Assembly: GCA_963845535.1 (NCBI GenBank)
Contig: CAWJSK010000023.1
Span: forward strand, 64,001-128,000
Length of the DNA: 64,000 nucleotides
Reading direction: 5' to 3'
DNA from: an uncultured Spirochaetota bacterium
Lineage (GTDB): Bacteria > Spirochaetota > Spirochaetia > SZUA-6 > Fen-1364
A program made the position numbers and the translations under genes. The notes below the pieces were generated by a model. It had not been told where the DNA came from. It searched no databases and saw nothing but the letters and a program-made list of their open reading frames with translations. Shown one piece after another: positions 1-9,368 of the stretch. Within the stretch, counting starts at the first letter, position 1; each line of letters starts with the position of its first letter.

Positions 1-1
1 G

Positions 2-172
2 CGGGCCGCCGGCCATCAGGCTCGCGTTCTCAACCAGCTCATCCGCGACCTCGGAAAATACCACACTCTCAGGAGCAAGCCAGTGAAGGAGATCCATGGC
101 CACACGATCTCGGAGGTTTTTGTCGGCGCCCTGCTGGGGTTCTTCATAGCGGTTGCGTTCTGCACGCTGTGA
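2..172 (+). CDS. Divergent PAP2 family (DUF212) protein, 3' end only
   Basis: Frame from nt 2 reads RAAGHQARVLNQL...KPVKEIHGHTISEVFVGALLG, matching the DUF212 C-terminus (G.QA..LN; KE..GHT..EV..GA..G). Stop overlaps the next GTG. Confidence 0.85.
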   Translation, partial: RAAGHQARVLNQLIRDLGKYHTLRSKPVKEIHGHTISEVFVGALLGFFIAVAFCTL

Positions 173-1872
173 GCCGCGCGCCAGCCCGGGGAAGGCCGGC
201 CTCGCGCCAGCCAGCCCCTCAGAAGCGTCCCCGAAAGGCCGCGAAGCGGCCAACTCCCTCCCCGTCCCGGCGTCCGCGCCCTCGGTCGCAGGCGCCACGG
301 CTGCCCGTCGAAGCGCCGCAGAACGGCGGACGCCCCGCGCTCGGGGCGCGGACACTGCTCCCCCTGGCGGCGGGAGCCGCCCTGGCCCTTGCCATCCTCT
401 GGATCCCCTTTGCGCCTTTCGTGTCCCCGAAGCCGAGCCGGGTCTGGCGCGGCTATCACACCATTCTGGTCCGCGAAGGAAGCCACGCGGACGCGCTCCT
501 CTCTCTTGCCGCGGCCCGGCTTGGCCCCGGGGTCATTTCAGAGCCTACCGCGACTGTTGACTTCTACGATTTTTCCTCCAGCATTCGCTTCCCCTACGCC
601 CAGCTCGCAAAGCGCCTCGACTCTCTGGACCCGCGGCGCGACCCGTATATCGACCGAATGGCGGGCTTTTTTTCCTTTCCTGACGGAGCCGAAGAGCTTC
701 ACGCGCTGTACGTCCCCGCGCGCTCGACGTCCTTTGCTCTCTTCATGAGACTGTGGCGTCTCTGGGGCCCGTGCGGGAGGGACACGTGGCGGCTTGCTGA
801 TTTCGATCCCCTTGAAAAGTTGCTCAGTGTCCTTGCCCTGACAGGCTTCGCAACTGTCATGACGCTGGGGGGCGGGAAGCGTCGGCGCGGCTCGCCGGCT
901 TTGGCGTTTGCGGCTTCCCTTCTCTGGCTCCCCGCCATCCTCGCGGGAGGCCCGTCCGTTCTCGCGCTCTGTGTCCTCCTCCTCAGCTTCCATCTCCCTC
1001 TTGTCCGTGCGCGGCTTGCCGCTCCCGGAAAAGGCCCCACTGACTTACGGAAGACAAAGGACCCTTTGTTCCTGTATCTCGGGGCAGGCGCGCTGGCTCT
1101 TGGCGTGTTTTTCGTCCTGAATGGCTGCTCGCTTGCTCTGCTGATCCAGCCGTTGGCGCCGTTTGCGTGCTCTCTGCTCCTGGTCCTGCTCGTTCCTTTT
1201 TTCTCGAGAGTTGCCGAGGGCCGGCGCAAGGCCATGGTGTTCGCGCCAGTCCCCATCCTCAAGAACGGAGCGGATCAGGGGAAGGGGAGGCAGAAAGCGC
1301 TGGCCCTGGCACTTTTTTCCATTATTTTTGTCGTTCTTGTGCCGCTCTTGCGGGATGGCGCATTCCCAGCGCCTGTCCCGGTCTGGGGGGCGCGGGGTTT
1401 TTCCTGGGACGCCGTGGCCAGCCTCCAACGGGGGCCAAAGGCGGACAGGTTGCCGGACTTCTCCGACTTCGTGGCTCATGAGGCCTACCAGCAGACGCTG
1501 GGTCTCGGCAGGAAATGGAAAGAGCCCGTTCGTGATGAGAGGATATACTATCGCGAATACCTCGTTGACCCCGCCTCCGGCGTGGTGCACGCCCGGCTTT
1601 TGACCGTGAAAGTGCTGGATTCGACATGGCTCCGGAGCCTTACGGCGCATCCCGCCCCAACAAGCGTCGAAGCTCTCCTCCTGGCGCAGGGGAGGCCCGT
1701 TGCTGCCGCCGTGCGCGGTCCCGCGCGGGCGCTCGCAGGGGAGCTGGTGTATCTCGCCCTCGTGTTCTGCTCGATTCTTCTTTTGCTCGGATGGGACCTG
1801 CGCGCCGGGCTCTTGATCCGCGGCAATCTTTGGCGCTTAAATGGAGCGGCGCGGCGAGACCAGATCTCATGA
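169..1872 (+). CDS. Multi-pass membrane protein of unknown function
   Basis: 567-aa ORF with an N-terminal TM, a soluble domain, a cluster of TMs, a second soluble domain and a C-terminal TM. GTGA/ATGA overlaps with both neighbours. Confidence 0.75.
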   Translation: MSRAPARGRPASRQPAPQKRPRKAAKRPTPSPSRRPRPRSQAPRLPVEAPQNGGRPALGARTLLPLAAGAALALAILWIPFAPFVSPKPSRVWRGYHTILVREGSHADALLSLAAARLGPGVISEPTATVDFYDFSSSIRFPYAQLAKRLDSLDPRRDPYIDRMAGFFSFPDGAEELHALYVPARSTSFALFMRLWRLWGPCGRDTWRLADFDPLEKLLSVLALTGFATVMTLGGGKRRRGSPALAFAASLLWLPAILAGGPSVLALCVLLLSFHLPLVRARLAAPGKGPTDLRKTKDPLFLYLGAGALALGVFFVLNGCSLALLIQPLAPFACSLLLVLLVPFFSRVAEGRRKAMVFAPVPILKNGADQGKGRQKALALALFSIIFVVLVPLLRDGAFPAPVPVWGARGFSWDAVASLQRGPKADRLPDFSDFVAHEAYQQTLGLGRKWKEPVRDERIYYREYLVDPASGVVHARLLTVKVLDSTWLRSLTAHPAPTSVEALLLAQGRPVAAAVRGPARALAGELVYLALVFCSILLLLGWDLRAGLLIRGNLWRLNGAARRDQIS

Positions 1873-3206
1873 AGAGACAGCGAACACTTCCCCAGGTCGG
1901 CGGGGTGGATCCTCCGTCGGTTGCGCTTTCGTCCGGGGACATCTCCAATGCATCCATCCCCCCTTTCGCCCTCATCCCCATGCTGCAGCATGCGGGCACG
2001 CCGGCCCGGTGTCTCGTGCGGCCCGGAGACAAGGTGCAGGAAGGGATGCTGATCGGAAAGGCGGAGGGAGCCCGCTCCGCCAACGTGCACTCCTCCATTC
2101 CCGGCGCGGTGGTGCGTGTCATCGAGACAAAGGGGGCTGACGGGCTGGCTTGCCAGGCAGCCCTCATCGAGCTCGGCGGGGAGTTCGGCAGGACAGGAAA
2201 ACCCGTTTCGACAAGCGACTGGGAGAAGGTCCCGCGCGCGGAGCTGCTGGGCCGCATCAGCTCCGGCGGCGTAGTGGGGCTCGGCGGCAGCCTTTTGCCG
2301 ACTCACCTCAAGCTGGCCCGGGAGCGCGGCCGGTCGGTCTCATTCCTGATTGCCAACGGCATCGAATCCGAGCCGTCACTCCACGCGGACGTCTGCCTCA
2401 TGAAGGAGAAGAGCCGGGAGATCGCCGTGGGAATGAGGATCTGCCAGAGGATCCTTGACGCGGCTCGCGTCGTTCTGGCAATCGGTGAGTTGCGGGAAGG
2501 AGACCTCGTGCCTCTTTTCCAGGAGGTTTTCACGGACACCGCCCCCGGGTTCGAGATAATGGCCCTTCCCGGGCGCTACCCTCAGGGACACGAAGACCTC
2601 GTGAGGGCATCGGTCCTTGCCCGTGCCGTTTCCTCCAACGGGACCGCCGGCTTTGTCGAGGATGCCGAGTGCGTCGTCCTGAACGTGGCGACCCTTTTCG
2701 CCGTCTATGAGGCCGTCGTCCTTCAGCGGCCGCTCATCGAGCGGTTCGTCACGGTCTCAGGAAGCGCCGTGAGAAGACCCGGCGTGCTGAAGGTGAGGGT
2801 CGGCACGCGCGTCGGAGACCTCTTCGAAGAATGCGGAGGGCTCGTGGAGCCGCCCGGTAAAGTCGTCCTCGGCGGGCCCATGCGGGGCGTTTCGGTTTCT
2901 TCGCTCGACTACCCGGTGACCAAGGGCGTAGCCGGGGTCATGGCCTTTACCCAGGCGGAAGCGCGGGTTGGCTCGCAGCTTCCCTGCATCAGGTGCGGAG
3001 CCTGTGTCGAGGCGTGCCCCTGGCACCTGGTGCCGACCCGCTTGAACAAGCTCATCGAGCGGGGCGCCATCGCCGCCGCGCTCGCCGAAGGGCTTTCCTC
3101 GTGCACGGAGTGCGGCTGCTGCGCGTTCGCCTGCCCCTCGAGGATTCCTCTGGTGGACGGCCTGAGAAAGGGCAAGAAGTTGGGAGCGTTTGACAGCCAT
3201 GGTTGA
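1869..3206 (+). CDS. rnfC: Rnf/Rsx electron transport subunit C
   Basis: QHAG.PA, HSSIPG, VVGLGG, YPQG, GGPM motifs; two ferredoxin motifs CIRCGACVEACP and CTECGCCAFACP. ATG at 1869 overlaps the upstream stop. Confidence 0.93.
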   Translation: MKRQRTLPQVGGVDPPSVALSSGDISNASIPPFALIPMLQHAGTPARCLVRPGDKVQEGMLIGKAEGARSANVHSSIPGAVVRVIETKGADGLACQAALIELGGEFGRTGKPVSTSDWEKVPRAELLGRISSGGVVGLGGSLLPTHLKLARERGRSVSFLIANGIESEPSLHADVCLMKEKSREIAVGMRICQRILDAARVVLAIGELREGDLVPLFQEVFTDTAPGFEIMALPGRYPQGHEDLVRASVLARAVSSNGTAGFVEDAECVVLNVATLFAVYEAVVLQRPLIERFVTVSGSAVRRPGVLKVRVGTRVGDLFEECGGLVEPPGKVVLGGPMRGVSVSSLDYPVTKGVAGVMAFTQAEARVGSQLPCIRCGACVEACPWHLVPTRLNKLIERGAIAAALAEGLSSCTECGCCAFACPSRIPLVDGLRKGKKLGAFDSHG

Positions 3207-4311
3207 GTCGCGAAGAGACACCGTGCCGGTCCTTGCAGTATCCCCGGCGCCTCACGTCGGCGGGCTTGCTTCCACCGGCCGCCTGAACTGGAGCGTCGCA
3301 TGCTGTCTCGTGCCCGCGGCCGCCTGGGGGGTGTTCGTTTTCGGGCTGGCTGCCCTGCGCGTCCTGGGGGTTTCACTCGGCGCCTCGCTGGCCGCGGAGC
3401 TTCTTACGTCCCTGGCCTGGCGGAGAGTCACCCTCGCTGACGGGAGCGCGGCGGTAACGGGGCTTCTCGTGGGGATGCTGATGCCTCCTGGCGTCCCTTT
3501 GTACGTGCCTGCCGTTGCGTCGGTTTTCGCAATCATCATCGTGAAGCAGAGCTTCGGCGGATTGGGGCGCAACTGGATGAACCCCGCCCTCGGCGGAGTC
3601 GTTTTTGTCCTCTTTTCCTGGCCAAACGCCATGAATAGCTGGCTGCCCGCGCGGGGAGTGGCCGCAAGCGCCGGGATGCTCCCTCCGCTGGGTGCGCTGC
3701 GCGGCGCGCTGAGCGGCGCCCAATCCGCTCACGGCGGGGCTTTGGCCGTGCTGGGCGCCGGGAGCTATCCCTGGAGCACGGCGGACGGCCGGGTGGTTGC
3801 GTGGATCAACGCGCACATCCTCTCCCTGGTGGGGTGGTCTCTCCCGGGCGGGGCTTTCGACATGCTGGTCGGAAATATCTCCGGGAGAATCGGCGAAGTA
3901 TCCATCCCTTTGCTTCTCCTCGGGGCCGCTTACCTGCTGGGCCGCCGGGTCATCCGCTGGCAGGTACCCGTGACGTACCTCGTGACCTTCTGCGTCGCGG
4001 CGCAGGTTTTCGGCGGTCTTCCGATGGGCCGCGGGTGGGCCGCCGGCGGCGCGCTCTTCCAGCTTTTCTCAGGGAGCCTGGTTCTTGGCGCGTTTTTCAT
4101 GGCCACGGATCCCGTGACCTCGCCCCTGACAGGCCGCGGGAAGCTTCTCTACGGACTGTGCCTGGGCGTTCTCTCTTTCTTCCTTCGATATTTCGGGACG
4201 GTGGGGGACGGCGTCCCGCTTGCCATCGTGCTCGGCAACTGCCTCGTCCCCCTCATTGACAAGCTCACGCAGCCGCGGGTCGGTTCCCCGGGAAAGGCAG
4301 TTGCCGGATGA
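3199..4311 (+). CDS. rnfD: Rnf/Rsx subunit D
   Basis: SPAPH, DGSAAVTG, KQSFGGLGRNWMNPA, G.IGEVS and FFMATDPVTSP motifs. Confidence 0.93.
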   Translation: MVESRRDTVPVLAVSPAPHVGGLASTGRLNWSVACCLVPAAAWGVFVFGLAALRVLGVSLGASLAAELLTSLAWRRVTLADGSAAVTGLLVGMLMPPGVPLYVPAVASVFAIIIVKQSFGGLGRNWMNPALGGVVFVLFSWPNAMNSWLPARGVAASAGMLPPLGALRGALSGAQSAHGGALAVLGAGSYPWSTADGRVVAWINAHILSLVGWSLPGGAFDMLVGNISGRIGEVSIPLLLLGAAYLLGRRVIRWQVPVTYLVTFCVAAQVFGGLPMGRGWAAGGALFQLFSGSLVLGAFFMATDPVTSPLTGRGKLLYGLCLGVLSFFLRYFGTVGDGVPLAIVLGNCLVPLIDKLTQPRVGSPGKAVAG

Positions 4312-5009
4312 CAAGACCGTCGGGGTTTCTCCGAAAGAACCCGGTCGCCGTGGCGCTGGTCGGCCTGTGTCCGGCGGCCGCCGTCACCGGACGCGTCATA
4401 GACGCCCTGTGGATGTCGCTGGGTCTCGTGTTTGTCCTCGTGCTCACCCGGGTCAGCCAGGCCATCCTCCACGGACTGAACAGTACAGGAGAGCCGCCGT
4501 CGAACAAGGCGCCGGCAACCAAAGGGTGGCTCGGATGCCTGTTCCTCGCCTCGTGCTTCACCGCCAGCTTCGAGCTGATTCTCCAGGCGTTCGCTCCGGA
4601 TGAGAGCGCGAGCCTGGGGATCTATGTTTCGCTCCTGGCCGTAAACTGCATCGTGCTGGACCGGCTGGGGGAGCACGGCGGGCATGGCGCGTCAGGAAGG
4701 ACCGGCGGCGAAATCCTGCGGGCGCTGCAAGGCTCAGCGACAGTCGGAGCAGGGTTCGCCGTTTCCCTGGTGGCAATCTCTCTCGTTCGGGAAATCCTCG
4801 GGTCGGGAACGATCACGCTTTTCCCCGTCGGCTCTTTCGGGGGAACCGTCGTCATCGGGAACATCTCACTCGCGCCGGCGCGCGCGCTCATCTATGCCGG
4901 CGGCGCGTTTCTCTGCCTGGGCTACCTGGCGGGGGCCGCGCGTCTCCTCGGTCGGCGGGGAAGCCGGCCGGAGAATGAGCAAACGGGAACGGAGGCCGGA
5001 CCCGCATGA
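4308..5009 (+). CDS. rnfE: Rnf/Rsx subunit E
   Basis: NPV...LVGLCP, LGIYVSLLAVNC and REILGSGT motifs. Confidence 0.9.
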   Translation: MTRPSGFLRKNPVAVALVGLCPAAAVTGRVIDALWMSLGLVFVLVLTRVSQAILHGLNSTGEPPSNKAPATKGWLGCLFLASCFTASFELILQAFAPDESASLGIYVSLLAVNCIVLDRLGEHGGHGASGRTGGEILRALQGSATVGAGFAVSLVAISLVREILGSGTITLFPVGSFGGTVVIGNISLAPARALIYAGGAFLCLGYLAGAARLLGRRGSRPENEQTGTEAGPA

Positions 5010-5603
5010 GCTTGCTCGGGATCATCCTGACCTTCTCGCTGGTCGACAACATTGTCCTGTCCCGCCTGCTGGGGATTTGTCCGTGCGTGGGCGCCCCGGG
5101 CGGCATGCGCGCCACCGTCAGCACCTCCGCCGCCACCGCCCTGCTCATGAGCCTTTCAGCGCTTGCCGCCTGGGCGCTGGAGAGTTTCATCCTCGGTCCC
5201 TTGGGCCTCGAGTTCCTGCGCACGCCGGCTTTCGTGCTCAGCGTTGCCGGCATTGCCCGGCCTGCTTGACATCGGCGCCCGTCGCGCGGTGCCGCAGCTC
5301 CTGCGAGCCGCCGGCGTCCCCCTTGCCGGGATTGCCTTCAACTGCGCCACCCTCGGAGTTGTTCTGATTGCCGCAAAAGGAGGCTTCAATGCGCTGCAGA
5401 GCCTTGTCGTGGGCGTTGCGGCCGGCGCAGGCTTCTTCATTGCCCTCAGCCTTTTGACCGCAATCCGTGAAAGGCTCGAGGTGGAGAAAGTGCCGTCGTG
5501 GCTGCAAGGGCTCCCGCTTCACCTGATTTCCGCCGGGCTGCTCGCATACGCCTTCATGGCTTTCGACGGGGCTTTCCTGTCGAGACTCCTCCACGGTTGG
5601 TAG
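5006..5603 (+). CDS. rnfA: Rnf/Rsx subunit A, split by one extra base near 5256-5262
   Basis: N-half has NIVLSRLLGICP; C-half in another frame has IAFNCATLG...IRERLE...VP..LQGLP. Removing one C restores AGIAGLLDIG. Confidence 0.88.
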
Positions 5604-5612
5604 GACGGGCTC

Positions 5613-7658
5613 ATGAGAAAAGTACGATTGATCCTGGGCACCCATAACCACATTCCCATCGGCGCGGACCAGGCAACGGTGGAAAGGCGATACCAGAAAG
5701 CGTTCAAGCCGCTCCTGGCGGTGCTCTACCGCTACCCCGAGTTCCCGGTGGCTCTCCACTACAGCGGTGTCCTGCTGGAATGGCTGGAGGAGTCCCATCC
5801 CGAGTTCCTCATGCTCCTGGAGGAAATGGTGAAGCGCGGGCAGGTCGAGGTGCTCGGCGGCGGATACTTCGACCCCGTGCTGTCCCTCATCCCGACCAAC
5901 GACAAGCTGGGCCAGCTCGAGAAGATGACCACTTGGCTGCGGGGCCGTTTCGAGATTCGACCGCGGGGATGCTGGATAGCGGAGAAAGTCTGGGAACCGT
6001 CCCTCGCTTCCGTCCTGCGGGTGAGCGGGATCGACTACACGTTCCTTGACGACGGCCAGTTCCAGATTGCCGGTGTCCAGGACGGGCGCCTCTTTTGTCC
6101 CACCATCGCTGAAGATCAGGGGAAAATCATCTCCCTGCTGCCTATCTCAGCGGAGCTGAGGAAGCTCGCGGCCCGGCAGGACCCTGCCGCCGCAATCTCA
6201 TTCCTCCAATCCCTTGCCAATGAGGAAGCCGGGGGCCCCGCGGAGAGCACGCCCGTGGCAATCCTGCTTGAGGACGGGGTATTCGCCTCTGATGGCCTGC
6301 TGAAGGGGGACTGGCTGGACAGCTTCATCCGCAAGGCGCAGGAGAATGCCTCATGGCTGCAGGCAACCACCCCCGGCCAGTACCTCAGGGAGTACCCCCC
6401 CGTGGAGAGGCTGTACGTGCCGTCCCTGTCGTCCATGGACATGATGGGATGGGCGCTGGCTCCCGAGGTTCGCGGGAGGTACCTCGAAGCGCGCCGCAGG
6501 AGCTTTTCCGAAACGGACGCCGCGCGGTTCCTCGTGGGGGGGCACTTCCGCCAGTTCCTCACGCGGTACCCCGAGGCGTGGCTGATGTACGCCAAGATGA
6601 TGTACACCCACGTCATTGTGAACCAGGTCCGGGGAGACCGGTACAAGAAGAAAGCGGCGCAGAATGAGCTGTGGAAAGGCCAGTGCCACTTCGCCTACTG
6701 GTCGGGGATCGACGGCGGCATCTATGACAACCTTCTGCGCAAGGCTGTCTATCATTCGCTGATCGAGGCGGAGAAGATCACCCGCGCCACGGAGATCTTC
6801 GTCCCCTCCATCATGAGCGTCGACTACGACCTGGACAACGGAATCGAGTACCTCTACCAGGGCTCCGAGCTGAACGCGTACATCCACGGCAGGGGAGGAG
6901 CGCTTTTCGAGCTGGACTTCCTCCCCGCTTCCTGGAATTACCTCGACACCATGGTGCAAAGAGACGCCGTGGAGCTGCCGGGCGACATGGCGGGAGGCGG
7001 GACCGTCACGACGGGGACTTCCTATCCCCGCAAGGCATTCCTTGACCATTTCCTCGGGCCGCTGTCCGCGCTGGAGGATTTCCGCGCGGGCCGTTCCGTG
7101 GAAGCCGGCGACTTTCTCACCGGCGCCTATGACCTTGTGGAGCTGAACAGGGCGCTGCCGGAGCTCCTGATGCGAAGAACGGCGTCGGTGCGCACCGGGG
7201 ACGCGGTGGGGTTGATCGGGATCGAGAAGAGGTTCATGTTCCGCCCGCGCTCCATTGACGTCTATTACAAGGTATCGAACCTGGGAGACGGCGAAATGGC
7301 TTCGCGCTTCGGGGTGGAAATGAACGTCTCTCTTGCTGAAAGAAACGTGGAGAGCGGCAGGTTGTTCCTCCTGGACGAGGACAGGAAGTCTGAGATCAGC
7401 TCCGAGCCGCAGGAAATCGAGGGCGTACAGGGCTTGCTGGTGAGGGACGTGCGCAATGAGGTGTCCATCACGCTGTCATCCGCCAAGCCGTTCCTGTGCT
7501 GGAGCTTCCCGCTGGAAACGCTTACCCCCGGCGCGCCTGAGCGCCCTCCCACGTTCCAGTCCCATTGTTTCCTGCAGCAGTGGGACCTGCGCCTGCAGCC
7601 CGCCGAATCCTGGGAGAACCACTTGAGCGTGGGTTTCGAGAAAACGCAGAGCGCATAA
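5613..7658 (+). CDS. GH57 family alpha-amylase / 4-alpha-glucanotransferase-like protein
   Basis: HNHIP, LHYSG, EVLGGGYFDPVL, GCWIAEKVWEP, YTFLDD, FRQFLTRYPE and QCHFAYW motifs plus a C-terminal beta domain. Confidence 0.88.
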   Translation: MRKVRLILGTHNHIPIGADQATVERRYQKAFKPLLAVLYRYPEFPVALHYSGVLLEWLEESHPEFLMLLEEMVKRGQVEVLGGGYFDPVLSLIPTNDKLGQLEKMTTWLRGRFEIRPRGCWIAEKVWEPSLASVLRVSGIDYTFLDDGQFQIAGVQDGRLFCPTIAEDQGKIISLLPISAELRKLAARQDPAAAISFLQSLANEEAGGPAESTPVAILLEDGVFASDGLLKGDWLDSFIRKAQENASWLQATTPGQYLREYPPVERLYVPSLSSMDMMGWALAPEVRGRYLEARRRSFSETDAARFLVGGHFRQFLTRYPEAWLMYAKMMYTHVIVNQVRGDRYKKKAAQNELWKGQCHFAYWSGIDGGIYDNLLRKAVYHSLIEAEKITRATEIFVPSIMSVDYDLDNGIEYLYQGSELNAYIHGRGGALFELDFLPASWNYLDTMVQRDAVELPGDMAGGGTVTTGTSYPRKAFLDHFLGPLSALEDFRAGRSVEAGDFLTGAYDLVELNRALPELLMRRTASVRTGDAVGLIGIEKRFMFRPRSIDVYYKVSNLGDGEMASRFGVEMNVSLAERNVESGRLFLLDEDRKSEISSEPQEIEGVQGLLVRDVRNEVSITLSSAKPFLCWSFPLETLTPGAPERPPTFQSHCFLQQWDLRLQPAESWENHLSVGFEKTQSA

Positions 7659-7692
7659 GCACGCCGAAGGAGGCGGGCGAAGGCGTGAGGCG

Positions 7693-8942
7693 CTACTTGT
7701 CTTCCTTCTCGAGCTGCCGGAAGCACGCATCTTTCCACAGCTCGACCTCATGGTAATACGAGTCGTCAGCGAGCAGGAACTCCAGGAGCGCCTCCCGAGG
7801 GCGATTGTTGAAGAAGTACGTCTGGCCCAGGTAGAAATGCGCGCGCGCCTGCACGTCCGCCGGCCTGTTCAGGCTCAGGAAATCAAGAAGCTGGTTTTCC
7901 GCCGCCGGGGCGTCTCCTGCGGAGAACGGCCCCTTGACGATCCCCTGGAGCAGGGTCTCATCCCTGTCCGGGGATGGCGTGGCCTCCGCGGGAAGGACCG
8001 ATCGATTCATCTGCGGCTGGGCAGGCTCGGGCACTGCGGCAAGAAGCACCGCGAGGGCCTTCTGCGTTTTGGCGGATACGGACCGAACGGGAGGAAGCCC
8101 CGGAAGGGCAATGCCCGGCAAGGGCCTGCCCGTTCGAATGCCGTATGTGATCTCCAGGGAAGGGAGGGGAAGCGTCCTTCGATTGATGAATGGGGAGGCA
8201 AGCGCGGACGCGCCGGCTGCCAGGGGATCTGCACCGGGTCCACGGTGGTGTTGGCCCCCGCGCTGATGGCAACCGTGCCCAGCTTGAAGAGGCCCGCGTC
8301 AAGAACGGTGAACCAGTAGTCGACTCCGGGGAGGGCGGGGATCAGCGCTTGCGTGGTGCCGGCGTCCAGTTGCGTTGCCGAACCCGAGCGCAAGAGGTCC
8401 TCTGCGCTCATCACCGGCGCGGTGCTTCGAAAGAGAAGGAGGTCCCGGGTTGCGCTGGAAGAGTCGAACGAGACCTCGATTGCGTCACCGCGCTGGGTCG
8501 GGACCGCGTGAATGGCGCTGACGTGAGCGGCCAATTGCTCCTCCGTCGCGGGGGTCGTGACCGCAACGGCGGCCGTTGTCTTGTTTCGAAACAGGATGAG
8601 AGTGGAAAACTGCTTCCCCGCGGAATCCTGGGCAAGGACAGCGTAAAAGTATCCCTTGTCATCAGGCGGCGTGTCGATGAAGTACTGCACGCCAGGGTCG
8701 ACCTGGCCCAGGGCTTGAGCGTTTGCAAGATTTTCCGAGGTGATTTCCTGGTCGTAACGGTACACCGTGTATCTGGCAACTTTGTCCGGGGAGTCCCGCC
8801 AGCTCAGCTTGACCTGGAAACCCGCGCTTTCTGCCTTGAGCATCGAGACAAACGGGAAAGGGAGCTCGGCTTCATCCTGGGAGAAGGCGAGGAACGAGGA
8901 AAAAAGGAACAACGCCACCGCCGCGGCGCGCGCGCCCGTCAT
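7693..8942 (-). CDS. Exported hypothetical protein with C-terminal TPR, split by an indel at the G-run 8223-8226
   Basis: GGAGG RBS before the ATG at 8942; signal peptide AAAVALFLFSSFLAFS. Adding one C joins PVQIP to LAAGASAL... and the TPR-like end ARAHFYLGQTYFF...EALLEF. Confidence 0.75.
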
Positions 8943-9045
8943 GAGACCTCCACCTCTTCCATTGTTGTGAGATTCACCGCCATTGTCCAGGGTAAACGTG
9001 AATCCGCGCATTCGGACGACCTCCGCGCGGATTACCGATTTCCAT

Positions 9046-9075
9046 TTGACACGTGCGCATCAAAAGCCATAAACT
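9046..9075 (+). promoter_or_regulatory. Putative sigma70 promoter for the cas2-like-prfB operon
   Basis: TTGACA (9046-9051), 18-nt spacer, TAAACT (9070-9075); 10 nt upstream of ATG 9086. Confidence 0.55.
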
Positions 9076-9085
9076 CGTGGCCGAT

Positions 9086-9358
9086 ATGTTTGTCGCTGTT
9101 TCCTGCGACTTCGCGAGCGACGACCATCGCAGGTCCGGCCATGATCTCCTGGGCCAGTATGGCTTCAAGAAGGTGCTCAAGGACTCTTTTGAGAGCACGA
9201 CGCTTTCGCCAACTGCCCTGAGCCGGCTGAAAAAAGACCTCGACGAAATCGCGGATTCGTACGACGGCGTTCGTCTGTACCAGTATCCCGTGGAGGGAAC
9301 CCTGGCCATAACGATTTTGAAGGAAAAGAAATGGCGACGCCTGATCGTCAAAACATGA
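9086..9358 (+). CDS. Stand-alone Cas2-like (Cas2/VapD ferredoxin fold) protein, 90 aa
   Basis: MFVAVSCDFASDDHRR...LLGQYGFKKVLKDSFE...LSRLKKDLDEIADSYDGVRLYQYP follows the Cas2 pattern (beta1-Asp, DDxRR, L..YG..VQ.SVFE, D...DSVRIY). Confidence 0.72.
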   Translation: MFVAVSCDFASDDHRRSGHDLLGQYGFKKVLKDSFESTTLSPTALSRLKKDLDEIADSYDGVRLYQYPVEGTLAITILKEKKWRRLIVKT

Positions 9359-9368
9359 AGGAGCGCCC

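Noticed and set aside
5006..5603. rnfA (and other split genes) as true pseudogenes
   Set aside because: Single indels with no other decay, and the same pattern hits rnz, so sequencing error is more likely.
9060..9087. sigma28-like TCAA-N16-GCCGATAT
   Set aside because: The -10 overlaps the ATG of the cas2-like gene, and an overlapping sigma70 match explains the region. It may be chance, though an internal promoter for prfB-cheY is not excluded.
8943..9368. CRISPR array or cas operon around the Cas2-like gene
   Set aside because: No repeat-spacer structure and no cas1 or effector gene were seen anywhere in the window.
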